Position numbers and translations under genes: made by a program
The notes under the pieces: generated by a model
What the model was told of the DNA's origin: nothing
What the model saw: only the letters and a program-made list of their open reading frames with translations
Databases searched by the model: none
Virus record (IMG/VR): IMGVR_UViG_3300005095_000109
Span: 1 to 63,132 of that record
Strand: one strand, 5' to 3'
Source: a virus
Lineage: Duplodnaviria; Caudoviricetes
DNA length: 63,132 nucleotides
Shown: positions 27,640 through 37,628 of the stretch, piece by piece
How positions within the stretch are numbered: position 1 is the first letter of the stretch
Layout of the letters: each line of letters begins with the position of its first letter

Positions 27640-27762
27640 TTACTTCTTCTGTCGTTTAGAATTATTGTTCTGCTTAAATCCCTCCTTCTTACTACATCCA
27701 CACCCACCAGATTCATTAGTCTTTAACTTGCCTCTCCTATTCCCAACTACCATCTTTGGCAT
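27640..27762 (-). CDS. Small basic protein (40 aa), below the ORF-track cutoff
   Basis: MPKMVVGNRRGKLKTNESGGCGCSKKEGFKQNNNSKRQKK fills the intergenic gap. Confidence 0.5.
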   Translation of the reverse strand: MPKMVVGNRRGKLKTNESGGCGCSKKEGFKQNNNSKRQKK

Positions 27763-27773
27763 CGCCTTTATAT

Positions 27774-28421
27774 TTATTCCCTCCTTGGTATTTCAACATT
27801 TACAAAGTTAGAATACTTGTTAAAATCGTGAATTGTGTTAAGTAGCATCCGTGCCGCTATCTGCACTATCTCGTCGTGCGTCTGCTCTGGCAGTATAGGG
27901 ACGCCTGTTGGGGCGCCAGTGGCATTTATTGGCGTCGGTTTCTGGATAATAGTTATCTCAAAATTATTGTAACTACATTGAGGGTATATATAAATACCAC
28001 CGCTTCTCAACACATAAACAGGATAATCACAAGTAGGTTTCCTAAACGGGTCCTTCATCATAGCCATTAACTCATCGTGCTTAACTGGCTTTACATAAGT
28101 TATCTTATAAGAATCGCCACATTTATATTCACAGCGGATAGAAACTATATACAACATATTCGTGAGAACAGCATGCGTATTAGGAAGCACTAAAGCATCG
28201 GTAGTTGCATTAAACTGGCTTACAGGAACTATATATTCCCTAACGAGAGGTCTCAAGTCCTGAGTTATCCTTTCATCTCCTTCAAAGTTTCTAAATCTGT
28301 TTTCTATTAACTCATACATAGCACGTGTTAATATAAGGTCAAGTTGTTGGGAAGAGAAATACGGAGTGTCATACTTGTCAAGAAAGGTCTTCAATAAATC
28401 ATGCATCTGCTGGAACGTCAT
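27774..28421 (-). CDS. Head-tail adaptor/ring protein (crAss-like)
   Basis: FEGDERITQDLRPLV, DPFRKP and LPEQTHDEIVQIA. Confidence 0.82.
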   Translation of the reverse strand: MTFQQMHDLLKTFLDKYDTPYFSSQQLDLILTRAMYELIENRFRNFEGDERITQDLRPLVREYIVPVSQFNATTDALVLPNTHAVLTNMLYIVSIRCEYKCGDSYKITYVKPVKHDELMAMMKDPFRKPTCDYPVYVLRSGGIYIYPQCSYNNFEITIIQKPTPINATGAPTGVPILPEQTHDEIVQIAARMLLNTIHDFNKYSNFVNVEIPRRE

Positions 28422-29263
28422 GGCTTATTAGTTTGCCTCCTTCTTACAGGTCGCTTTAGCTTCTGCTCCCCCTTGCTATCAGTCTCTTCGGCATCGTCTT
28501 CTTTAATATCAGCAGGCATTTTCAACTCTTCCTCTATCTTTTTTACAATCTCATTATAAATCTCATCGTTGTTCTTAAGAAACTGAACTGCTAAGTCTGG
28601 CGAAGTAGCCATATTTATTTCTCCATACCTATACATACCATTAGCAGTGTGAACTATTATACCAAGCGTTTCTGCCAGATAGAATGTATTGTAATACTTC
28701 CTATCTGGTCTGTTATAAAGGTCAATTACTTCATCTGGATTGGCAGTGGCTCTCTGTATTAACTCAGCACGCCAGATGTCAACATCATCACGTAAATCAA
28801 CTTGAATACCTAACATTCTACACATCACAAACAACTCATAGTCCTTTGCTTTGTTTAACAACTGTATTGCCTCCGTAAGCCTCAAGGCAGTGCGAACCTT
28901 GTCCTTAGCCTCCTTCTCCCTATGTATGATACGAATGTATGGATTAGGTGTGTCATAATAAACTGGATGATGAAGCCAACATTCATACTCGTTCCTATCA
29001 AGCGGATTAGACAAGTCAAGTATTCTTGTTGAAGACATCCTAACTACCCTTTCCTCGCCATTCTCATCCACCAGCCTACGCCATACGCCATTCCTGTCCC
29101 TATAAGACCTTAAAGTTATCATACCAGTCTTTTTAGGATTTCTAAAAGTAATTACAACAGTGCCTTTATTCGGGATAGCAATTGACACTGCCTTTCTTTC
29201 CTTTGCAACTGCCTTACTAAGTTCCCTTTCCCTCTCTATCTGCTGTTGTATTGTCTCAGGCAT
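28418..29263 (-). CDS. Conserved crAss-like protein downstream of MCP
   Basis: LDLSNPLD motif and synteny. Start chosen from the 15-nt spacing to TAACTTTG (29279-29286). Confidence 0.75.
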   Translation of the reverse strand: MPETIQQQIERERELSKAVAKERKAVSIAIPNKGTVVITFRNPKKTGMITLRSYRDRNGVWRRLVDENGEERVVRMSSTRILDLSNPLDRNEYECWLHHPVYYDTPNPYIRIIHREKEAKDKVRTALRLTEAIQLLNKAKDYELFVMCRMLGIQVDLRDDVDIWRAELIQRATANPDEVIDLYNRPDRKYYNTFYLAETLGIIVHTANGMYRYGEINMATSPDLAVQFLKNNDEIYNEIVKKIEEELKMPADIKEDDAEETDSKGEQKLKRPVRRRQTNKP

Positions 29264-29302
29264 AACATTCATTTGTTCCAAAGTTAAGAAAAAATAGAAA
29301 AT

Positions 29303-29332
29303 AAAAACCCCTCCTGCACATATCAGGAGGGG
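29303..29332 (-). terminator. Intrinsic terminator after MCP
   Basis: CCCCTCCTG-N7-CAGGAGGGG followed by T5. Confidence 0.8.
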
Positions 29333-29371
29333 CCATTAATTACAAGTGGCTTATTAGGGCTGGGCTTGGGG

Positions 29372-30757
29372 CTAAACTCTTATCAACATTCCGCAAGCAA
29401 GCGGGTTGCGGACTACAATGCCAGATTCAGACAGTAACTCAATGGTAAAGCCGTCAAAGGAAGTTGCGGCATTCACGCTGTTTGGGTTGAATGGGTCCAT
29501 CATCCCCGGTATATACTTAACAATAAACCCTCTATTCATCCTATCTGCACCCTTAACAGCTATCTCCACATTTGCTTGCCCGCCTGCCTGAACAGACCAA
29601 TCAACAAAAACCATTCTATAAGATTCCTTAGGGTATCCAGTTGCTGGGTCTATATCATGATGTATCGTTGGGTCATCAAAGATTGGGTTCCTTACAACTG
29701 TTATAGTATGACCCAACGCATGGAACGTCTTGAAGTTTAGCCCAAGCTCTATCTCCATACCAGCATCGTAATCATAGAATACTGAACCTGTTTGTGTTAA
29801 ATAGTTCTTCATTGCTTCATAGAATGCACGCATGCCAGCAGTTCCTGTATATACTACCCACTTAATATTTTCTCTGTTCCCGTTGTTATAAGCGAGCTGC
29901 GTCATAAAGTCAAGCAATACTGTATCTGTCAACTGCCCACTGTAAGTATCAATGTTAGAGGGTTCTATTTGTGCTAACAATCCATCGCCAGAAAGCAAGA
30001 CCCGTCCAAGGTTATCTGTTATGTTGATGTTGCCGTTAGCATCAATAGTTCTGCGTCCATACCAATACATCAACTCTCGCCTATACATGAACAAGTCCAT
30101 CAACTGTTGTTGTGCTTCATAGAACCACAACTTCTGACCGTTGTTCTCAAGCCATATAATATCTGTCAATGCATCGCCAGTGATGGTTTTGCCCATCCGC
30201 ATAATGGTCAGGTAGTTGACATACTCATCAGGATACCTCTCAATGCTGTATCCCTTTTCGCTACCTTCTGGGAATACAGACCCAATTACGCCTGCCAATT
30301 CGCCATTGGCAAGGTTTGCAGGGTTCAAAGTCTGTGTTGGGTCATCTGTCTGAAGCCTAAACTCGTATTCATATCCCCCTGCAACAGGTTTGGGGCCGCT
30401 AATAGCAATAGCCTGTGTCCCGTCTTTGAACCTAACTACATCGTATGGATGTATATAATTTTCATAAAAAACAACCTTAAACACAGATTGATTTTGTCCT
30501 ATATTAGTAGCAGGGCTGAAGATACCTGTGCATGTAGATGGCTCAGTAAGGCGACCTATCACCTTCCACCTATATTCTCTATTACCTACTTGGACGTCTT
30601 TTGCTATTCGTCCTAGCCCTTCTGTTAGGTAAGTAAGACCATACTGGGGGTAAAGCCTAACAAGCACTTTTGAAAGTGCAGGTTCTTTAATCATATTAGC
30701 AACAAGGCTGTTGCTTTCTGTAACCTCTGCATTTACTTTACCCTTGAATATCCGCAT
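29372..30757 (-). CDS. Major capsid protein (crAss-like)
   Basis: EYRWKV, NYLTIMR, ITGDA, GDGLLAQI, YTGTAG, NPIFDD and ESYRMVF. Own promoter and terminator. Confidence 0.9.
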   Translation of the reverse strand: MRIFKGKVNAEVTESNSLVANMIKEPALSKVLVRLYPQYGLTYLTEGLGRIAKDVQVGNREYRWKVIGRLTEPSTCTGIFSPATNIGQNQSVFKVVFYENYIHPYDVVRFKDGTQAIAISGPKPVAGGYEYEFRLQTDDPTQTLNPANLANGELAGVIGSVFPEGSEKGYSIERYPDEYVNYLTIMRMGKTITGDALTDIIWLENNGQKLWFYEAQQQLMDLFMYRRELMYWYGRRTIDANGNINITDNLGRVLLSGDGLLAQIEPSNIDTYSGQLTDTVLLDFMTQLAYNNGNRENIKWVVYTGTAGMRAFYEAMKNYLTQTGSVFYDYDAGMEIELGLNFKTFHALGHTITVVRNPIFDDPTIHHDIDPATGYPKESYRMVFVDWSVQAGGQANVEIAVKGADRMNRGFIVKYIPGMMDPFNPNSVNAATSFDGFTIELLSESGIVVRNPLACGMLIRV

Positions 30758-30773
30758 AACTTATGTTTTGTTG

Positions 30774-30781
30774 CAAAGTTA
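30774..30781 (-). promoter_or_regulatory. Bacteroidota sigma-A -7 box TAACTTTG (representative copy)
   Basis: 16 nt before the MCP ATG. Equivalent boxes at 579, 20336, 27618, 29279 and 37077. Confidence 0.75.
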
Positions 30782-30788
30782 AGAACCG

Positions 30789-31814
30789 TTACTTTATACC
30801 TTCAAGGAACTTGGACAGGTCAACACCGCTACTTCCAGTCGGCGGCAACCCAGTTGCCCTGCTTATATTATTAGCATGAGTAAGGCTTTTCATAAATTCT
30901 GCCTTTGCAGACTGCGTGGCACTTGATTTTATCATTTCAAAAATCTTGTCTCGCCATCTCCATAGCATTGCCGCCTGTGCAAGATTTTCAGGAGCTGAGA
31001 ATATCTCTTCTGCAAACTGACCACTTGTTACATAATTATATATATCTTTTCTTATTTGCTCTGCCTGTTCCTTAGAGGTTGCTATTGGAATGCCACCTAT
31101 ATCATTAATGTTATTGAGTGCCATGATAAACTCTTGTCTTGCCCTCTCTAATTCTTGTTCTCTCTGTAACCTTGCCTGTTCAATAGCCTGCTGGGCGAGC
31201 CGTTGGTATTCCTTTAACTTAGCATTTATCTGTGCCTTTACTTCTGTTGCCTTTAGGCTTAACATATCAGACATAGCAAGTTTATCTACATAGTCATCAA
31301 TCTCATCTTTTGACATTCCTAACTCGCTAAGCCATGCTTTTATCATTTCATCCTCAGGAAGTATAAGATACTTTTGGAGTTTTTCTATATCGTCTTGATA
31401 AGGTATCTTTTCCTGCTTAACAGTTGCCGGCTGTGGAACTGCTTTTGTTGGTGCCTGCTCTAACTTGCCCTGTAATTTTTGTTTCAGTTCCTCAATACTT
31501 GATACACTTTCCGGGTCTATGCCAAAACTTTTTGCCAGTTCTTTTATTACTTCTAAATCCTTGGTCTGTGCGGTTTGATTAGCCTGTGGCGTTTGTTGAG
31601 GTGTATCCATAGCCTGCGTGTCGGTTCTGGACCCGGCTTCCCCACCTGCCAAATCAAACCACGAAAGCGACGTGGTTTCTTTATTATGTGCCTGCGTATC
31701 CGTTTTTTCATCTTTCTGTGGTTGTTGTGTTGACTGTTCTGTTTGTGTTGCCTTTGTCTCTTGATTATCAGTGCCAGTATGTGTCTCCTGACCCTGCTTC
31801 AAATCTTCTGCCAT
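30789..31814 (-). CDS. Putative capsid scaffolding protein
   Basis: Disordered Q/T/E-rich N-terminus plus coiled coil, between portal and MCP. Confidence 0.7.
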   Translation of the reverse strand: MAEDLKQGQETHTGTDNQETKATQTEQSTQQPQKDEKTDTQAHNKETTSLSWFDLAGGEAGSRTDTQAMDTPQQTPQANQTAQTKDLEVIKELAKSFGIDPESVSSIEELKQKLQGKLEQAPTKAVPQPATVKQEKIPYQDDIEKLQKYLILPEDEMIKAWLSELGMSKDEIDDYVDKLAMSDMLSLKATEVKAQINAKLKEYQRLAQQAIEQARLQREQELERARQEFIMALNNINDIGGIPIATSKEQAEQIRKDIYNYVTSGQFAEEIFSAPENLAQAAMLWRWRDKIFEMIKSSATQSAKAEFMKSLTHANNISRATGLPPTGSSGVDLSKFLEGIK

Positions 31815-31849
31815 AGCTTTTTGTTTTACATAAAGATAAGAACTATTTA

Positions 31850-33994
31850 TTAAATAGGAGGAGGAGGTGGTGATTGAGGTGTCTTTTTATCAGTGTCAGC
31901 ATCTATTGATCTAAGTTCTTTCTCTTTATTTGCTTTTATCATAGTTGCCTCCTTCCTGCCTTTGGCTTCTATCTCTGCCGCTCTTACTCTTGTTTCGCCA
32001 GCAATCATACTCTTTTGTATCTCTGCGTTAATCTTAGCCTGTTCAAGCTGTGCCTTCATCATTTCTATCTGTTGCTGTTGCTGTGCCAGTTGCTGTTGTA
32101 GTTGTTGCATTGCCGCAACACCCTCTTCAAATATCTTCTCTGCCTCCTCATAATCCCTTGCCTTAGCAAGTTTAATTAGTTGTAATATATCTATGTGACC
32201 GCTTGATGCCGCTTGTGCCGCCACCTGCATTATAAACTGCTTCTTCTCTATATCTATATCGCCTATCTTGACAAATACAGAGTAGTCGTTTAACGCTACT
32301 GTCTCATCTATCTTGAAGTAAGCAAGTTGAGCATCAGACATAAAGTATTTAGCACGTCCGCCCCCAGCCAGCCCCCAGTAAATCTTGACAAAGTGAACAA
32401 GTCTATTTAGTGAATCACGCATTAGTTTGTTAAGCATATAAAAAACAGGCATTGTCATAAGGGAAGACTGCGTTATTGCAGACTGAACGGAACTGGCTGG
32501 TGTCCTGTCAGACACAAACCCCTCACGAACCCTGCTAATTCCAGTTAGGGCTTCCGCTGTCTGCTCAAGAACAATTTTCAAGTTGATGAGTTGTGTAAGG
32601 CTTTGGCTAAGCGTCAAGTCAACTTCAGACATTGCGGGAGCTCTGGCTTCCCTAATGCCCTCTTCCATTGAGTTTATGAATATAACTCCAGTATTCTTTA
32701 AGTGATAAATAATTTCTGACAATGGAACATTGGAAGGTTTCTGTGCAAGGTCATAGACAATAGCCTTTCCGCCAGCCCGTGCCATAGTCAGTTCTATATG
32801 ATACATGACTATATTGTATAGAAGTTGTATGTTTTTAAGCAGGTCAACTATACCTTGTGGGGTGCCTACGCCACCATTCTTAATAACACCAGAATAAGTA
32901 AATCGTGTTGTGCTTAGGTTTTCTTGCGTCCGTTGTTGACCGGGAACAGGTCTGGCCATTATGACTTTATCTACGCCTACAACAATAGCCTCCCACAGTT
33001 CTACTATCGGGACCTTCTGCTCATCGCCACCTCCTTCTTCACTGTATATTGCGAATGACTCATCCTCTTCTGACTGTGCCAGTTTCTTGAGACTGACCCA
33101 TCTTATAGCCTTCCACTCTATCCTGTAAACCTTAACCCACGTCCCAGAGCCATCATAGTAATACCATCTATTATCCATCCCCTTAGCCTTCTGCGGGTCT
33201 GCCAATTCCTTAAGCCATCCCTTTATGCCTTTGTCCTCTATAAATGCACTATATCTATTAACTATAACATGCAGTGGCAACCATGCCTCTTCTATTACAT
33301 AAGGACTGTCTTCTAAATCACTGCCAACTGACGGGTCGTAATATATATTTAGTGGGTGTATCCTCTCAATAGTTGGTGTATCCCCGTCAACAACTATTTT
33401 AACAAACGCTTTTCCGCATATCAGGACATCAAGAAGGCACTGTTTGAACACATGCTTAAAATCATAGAGTTCATTAAGATACTGAAGGCTCTTTTCTATA
33501 TTTACCTCATTGGCATCTCGCCAATCGCCACGACCTATTTCTTTTATAACCTCCATACCGACCTGTGTAATTATATCAGGCATTATATTAATGCCTATTT
33601 CTTCTGTTATTTCATGGAGTATCTGTCTTGCGAAATAATCAACTGTCTGTGTTATATACTTTGAGAACTTTGTGTTTAGTGCTTCGTCATTAACAGACCG
33701 CACTGTGAACTTCAAAGGCTTAGTTACGAACTCGCCTATTAGCAACTCAATTTTAGGCTTTATTAGTGGGTAGTTAACGAGCCTTGCTGGAGCCGCAACG
33801 CCATACATTTCAGTAATATACTTAAAGTCATCTTTATTAAACTTGCCATCATAAATTGCATAGTTTTCCTCAACACGCTGTCTCTCAGCAGACCAATATG
33901 TAGATAAGGGGACGCTATTAGCAAGTTTCTTAGCAACTTCCTCTGCCCACTCCTTCTCATTTGAGTCTGGAACAACAAACTCTATATATGCCAT
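31850..33994 (-). CDS. Portal protein
   Basis: LVNYPLIKPKIELLIGE, LTGISRVREG and a C-terminal Q-rich coil. Follows TerL. Confidence 0.9.
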   Translation of the reverse strand: MAYIEFVVPDSNEKEWAEEVAKKLANSVPLSTYWSAERQRVEENYAIYDGKFNKDDFKYITEMYGVAAPARLVNYPLIKPKIELLIGEFVTKPLKFTVRSVNDEALNTKFSKYITQTVDYFARQILHEITEEIGINIMPDIITQVGMEVIKEIGRGDWRDANEVNIEKSLQYLNELYDFKHVFKQCLLDVLICGKAFVKIVVDGDTPTIERIHPLNIYYDPSVGSDLEDSPYVIEEAWLPLHVIVNRYSAFIEDKGIKGWLKELADPQKAKGMDNRWYYYDGSGTWVKVYRIEWKAIRWVSLKKLAQSEEDESFAIYSEEGGGDEQKVPIVELWEAIVVGVDKVIMARPVPGQQRTQENLSTTRFTYSGVIKNGGVGTPQGIVDLLKNIQLLYNIVMYHIELTMARAGGKAIVYDLAQKPSNVPLSEIIYHLKNTGVIFINSMEEGIREARAPAMSEVDLTLSQSLTQLINLKIVLEQTAEALTGISRVREGFVSDRTPASSVQSAITQSSLMTMPVFYMLNKLMRDSLNRLVHFVKIYWGLAGGGRAKYFMSDAQLAYFKIDETVALNDYSVFVKIGDIDIEKKQFIMQVAAQAASSGHIDILQLIKLAKARDYEEAEKIFEEGVAAMQQLQQQLAQQQQQIEMMKAQLEQAKINAEIQKSMIAGETRVRAAEIEAKGRKEATMIKANKEKELRSIDADTDKKTPQSPPPPPI

Positions 33995-35820
33995 TTAAGT
34001 ATTGATTTTGTCAGTTCAGAGTATTTACCCTCTGTCCCCTTGTTGACAAAGTTATCAACTATAATCTTTCCATCTACATATTTAAGGCGTGGCAGTATAA
34101 TCTGATTATCGTCCGTTTTTTCTTCATCAACGACTCCTATCGGCAAGTCAAGGTCTGCTATCAGTGCAATACCAAAAGCCATTGCGAGGTCATCACGACC
34201 TTTACCATATCGCCGTAGGTCGTCTATCAGTTCTGGGAACATTATCATATCAACATTCTGATTGATATACTTGTTAAGCAGTTCAGTAACTAATGCTTTC
34301 TGCGTAACCTTCATATTAATTCCGTATTTAAGCGGGGACCTTGTTTCAAACAGGCGTGGTCTGGGCAAGAGCAAGTTCAACTTCCTGTTGTGTCTGAACC
34401 AAGAGAACAACTCCGGGTCAGAATTTTCAACAAGCATTTTGCAACCATAATACTCTGCTATCATAGCAATAGTCCTGTAAAACTCTTCCTTGTCATCTGG
34501 GCGGTCTGCATATATACAAACAGGCAATTCGCATACCTCATTAGCAGAATAAAAACGCCTGTATATGACACATGCACCACGTGAAATCTTTTCATGGACC
34601 TCTGCAAACATATATGGGTCAACGCCTCCTATGTCTACATTTTTACCCTTTAAGTGTTGTGGCAGTGGATGTAAGTAAATCTTTACTGGGCCGCCTTTAA
34701 CTGGCTTAAACAAAACGTCCCCATTTTTGTCTCTTATCATATAGCCTTCTTGGACGCCAACATCATTTGTCATCAGATAAGAATACCTATCGTTCAATTT
34801 GCCTATGTCAAAGACTGAATTTGCTGCATCTAAAAACGCTTCCTCAACAGTTGTGGGATATTCCTGCAAATACATATAGTAAGCAGAAGAGTTACCAGAT
34901 CTTCTAAGTTTCTCTGCCTGTTCTTTTATGTATCTCTTTGCTCCTTCCTCGTCGTCTTTCCCTGTTGCAGGGTCAAAGAAGCCGTGTAGTGCCCTATGCG
35001 CACCTATAAAGAACCTAATCATATTATACTTCTCTGCATTATACCACAACTCTTTGAAATCATCATATCCCTTGCCGAACTTGTTAACTGTCCCGCCAAT
35101 TACTATTGTGCCGAACTGCTCAGCCCCTTCTTTGACGCAAGCGAGCGACGCCATAAAGGCACGCAACAAATTATCTATCTCACCAGCCTCTTCAAACAAC
35201 AAAAGCCTTAACCGCTCACCACGGAACGTGTCTGGGTCTTTTATAGTCCTTAGATGCAAAACTGTTTGCGTGCCTTGTTTCTGCCAACCTGCTTCCGTCT
35301 TCCTCTTGTAACCGCTTACTATCCTGTCCTTCTTAGATTCAAGTATTGGCAATTGCAGCTTGCCCGGCAAATTGCTCAGCATTACTTCAAATCGCTTCCT
35401 GAATGTATTGACATATACTTCCTTCTGTGCACCAACGCCGACCTCATTGAAAGGAAAGAATAACCACTCCCAAAGTATATAAGCAGTCATCATGTATGAG
35501 AAGCCCTTATCACGGGCTTTGACTATAATTACGTTCTTGCCCTCCTGCCGAGCCCTTTCAAGCGTCCAGAAGAATTCCTTGTCCAGTTCACGATATAGCG
35601 GGGGTAGTAACTTCTTACGTCTCTCACGACCATCAGAAGCAAGAATGCGAACAAAGTTTAGATAGAAATAATGAGCACCAGTTATCTTGCCAAGCCTTGT
35701 CTCATAACCATTTAGACACCTGTCAACCTGCTCAGCCCACCAGTCATCATCATCATATATCTCGCCATATACAACAGGAGAGAAATCCTTAACAACTTCA
35801 AATGCATAGTAATCATGCAT
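33982..35820 (-). CDS. terL: Terminase large subunit
   Basis: ITGAHYFYLNF, KARDKGFSY (Walker A), LFEEAG (Walker B), GGVDPY and DDLAMA. Confidence 0.95.
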   Translation of the reverse strand: MHDYYAFEVVKDFSPVVYGEIYDDDDWWAEQVDRCLNGYETRLGKITGAHYFYLNFVRILASDGRERRKKLLPPLYRELDKEFFWTLERARQEGKNVIIVKARDKGFSYMMTAYILWEWLFFPFNEVGVGAQKEVYVNTFRKRFEVMLSNLPGKLQLPILESKKDRIVSGYKRKTEAGWQKQGTQTVLHLRTIKDPDTFRGERLRLLLFEEAGEIDNLLRAFMASLACVKEGAEQFGTIVIGGTVNKFGKGYDDFKELWYNAEKYNMIRFFIGAHRALHGFFDPATGKDDEEGAKRYIKEQAEKLRRSGNSSAYYMYLQEYPTTVEEAFLDAANSVFDIGKLNDRYSYLMTNDVGVQEGYMIRDKNGDVLFKPVKGGPVKIYLHPLPQHLKGKNVDIGGVDPYMFAEVHEKISRGACVIYRRFYSANEVCELPVCIYADRPDDKEEFYRTIAMIAEYYGCKMLVENSDPELFSWFRHNRKLNLLLPRPRLFETRSPLKYGINMKVTQKALVTELLNKYINQNVDMIMFPELIDDLRRYGKGRDDLAMAFGIALIADLDLPIGVVDEEKTDDNQIILPRLKYVDGKIIVDNFVNKGTEGKYSELTKSILKWHI

Positions 35821-36664
35821 TACTTCTATTTAATAGTATATTTGCATTTTCTACAAGTGAATGGGCTATTAGGCTTGGATGCGTATAGTATTTTTGGCTT
35901 GATGACTTTGCTATGGCATAATAAGTAGTATATGGAAGAATTTGTGGCGTGTAAACAAGATTGTTATAGCATCCGCCGAATAAAGAAACGTCATAAAAAT
36001 ACAAAATGTTATAATAATTGCTATTTAATAATAGCGTATCCACAAACCTTGAAATAATAGTATGCTTAAAGTCTATTTCCTTTATTTCTACTGTGAATGT
36101 ATATTTAACTGGGCCTACATAAAGAGTGCCTAAATTATTCCTAACATCTTCAATATAATGATTCGCATATGCAACTATTGTCAAGGGAGACTCCCTGCCA
36201 ATTATATATTTCCCTATGTATTCTTTTCTAATAAAGTTTACAGTGTCCTTGTGCATTCTATACAACTCAAAACTAATGCTATCACTATTCACGCTAAACC
36301 TTTCTAACATTAGTGTGTCAAAGAATATCCTACTACCAATCGTATTGTTGGGTCTGCGGTTAATTAAAGACCATCCGCTATCCGCAAGTCCTAAATATAT
36401 CATTAAAGTTGATGTGTTTATATTTGAGATTGTAAATGGATACAACCTCCAAGCCATAGCATCTGTGCCCTTAGGCGGTCCATATCTGCTATAAGATGCT
36501 GATGAATACATTAATACGCCATTGACGTTGTTAATCTGCTGAGTAAAAGCACGTTCGCCGTTTATGATTCTAAAATCAAGACCGCCATAGCCACTTAAGT
36601 TAGCATGATTATAATAGAACGGCACTACTGTGTGCGTCCCTTCAATATCTACTAGGTCGAGCAT
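35813..36664 (-). CDS. Hypothetical protein (283 aa, Y/N/I-rich), possibly virion-associated
   Basis: Co-oriented ORF in the structural module. Confidence 0.75.
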   Translation of the reverse strand: MLDLVDIEGTHTVVPFYYNHANLSGYGGLDFRIINGERAFTQQINNVNGVLMYSSASYSRYGPPKGTDAMAWRLYPFTISNINTSTLMIYLGLADSGWSLINRRPNNTIGSRIFFDTLMLERFSVNSDSISFELYRMHKDTVNFIRKEYIGKYIIGRESPLTIVAYANHYIEDVRNNLGTLYVGPVKYTFTVEIKEIDFKHTIISRFVDTLLLNSNYYNILYFYDVSLFGGCYNNLVYTPQILPYTTYYAIAKSSSQKYYTHPSLIAHSLVENANILLNRSNA

Positions 36665-36675
36665 TAGTCATGCTA

Positions 36676-37059
36676 TTATAAAGCACTAATTACATCATCT
36701 GCTGTTTGAGCACTTGTTACTAATTGGGCAAGGGCAGCCTCGTCAACTTCGTTAGTAGAACGTGCAAGAACAGCCATTAACGCATTGTCAAGCAAGGGCT
36801 TTACTGCATCCTTTTCCGCTTGCGTTGCCGCTGTTACATACTTAGTGAGATATGTTAGAAGTGCTGCTAATTCTGGTATGCTAACATGTCTATAATTAAC
36901 TGCCCCTGCTAAAAGGATAGCATCTTCTTTGGAGAAATCATCTCCACTAATAACAGCCTTAAGAGTATTTTTATCTGCTATCACGTTAACACCAACAATG
37001 TAACCATTCTTATCAACATCCTCAACTCCTATTACAGCCTGTGATATTCTCTTTGTCAT
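36676..37059 (-). CDS. Hypothetical protein (127 aa, Ala-rich)
   Basis: Own TATATTTG box 17 nt upstream. Confidence 0.8.
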   Translation of the reverse strand: MTKRISQAVIGVEDVDKNGYIVGVNVIADKNTLKAVISGDDFSKEDAILLAGAVNYRHVSIPELAALLTYLTKYVTAATQAEKDAVKPLLDNALMAVLARSTNEVDEAALAQLVTSAQTADDVISAL

Positions 37060-37088
37060 TTGCCTGTTATTTTATGCAAATATATATA

Positions 37089-37307
37089 CTATTTCCTTTT
37101 ACGCTTCTTTGATATATTTCTTGCGGCTTTTGCAAATGCTGCTCTTTTTTTAATAGTTGGATTCTTGCTTTTGAGTCCTTTTTGTATGCATTCGTTGGTT
37201 ACGCCTGAATATCCTTGCCGTTTGCACCATCTTGTGAATGCACCTACTGTTCCCTTCCTCTCCATCCTCGCCCGTGCCTTCTGTAGCCATTTGCTGTTTC
37301 TTGCCAT
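37089..37307 (-). CDS. Small highly basic protein
   Basis: GAFTRWC..GVTNECIQKG..KKRAAFA pattern recalled from crAss-like phages. Confidence 0.75.
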   Translation of the reverse strand: MARNSKWLQKARARMERKGTVGAFTRWCKRQGYSGVTNECIQKGLKSKNPTIKKRAAFAKAARNISKKRKRK

Positions 37308-37313
37308 TGCTGT

Positions 37314-37604
37314 CTATTTTATTATTGAACTGATTAATGTCCAGACTTTGTCAAACAACCCGCCGACAACCATGCCAGTTAAGAAAATAACTATTTTGTA
37401 TGTTATCTTTAGCCCAGCAAGTTCTTTTTCGTGGGCTATTACTGTTTTATTCAGTTCTTCCTGAAATGATAACATTCTATTAAATAGCCTTTCATACATA
37501 GACTCTATTTGTGTTTTGTGTTGTTTAAGTGCATCATGAAATTCACCACGAAGTATGTTGATCTGGTCGTTAACATACCTTACTAACTGTTCCTTGTCAC
37601 TCAC
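37314..37604 (-). CDS. Coiled-coil protein with C-terminal transmembrane segment
   Basis: GTG start with a TAATTTAG box upstream and a hydrophobic C-terminus. Confidence 0.7.
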   Translation of the reverse strand: MSDKEQLVRYVNDQINILRGEFHDALKQHKTQIESMYERLFNRMLSFQEELNKTVIAHEKELAGLKITYKIVIFLTGMVVGGLFDKVWTLISSIIK

Positions 37605-37628
37605 TGCTTTTTTGTTACTAAATTACAA

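Noticed and set aside
29350-29374. Stop-codon read-through of MCP
   Set aside because: TAG is followed by only five codons and then TAA TAA, so there is no meaningful extension.
33982-35820. Inteins or introns in TerL, MCP, primase or RNAP
   Set aside because: Lengths are ordinary, frames are uninterrupted, and no intein or homing-endonuclease motifs were seen.
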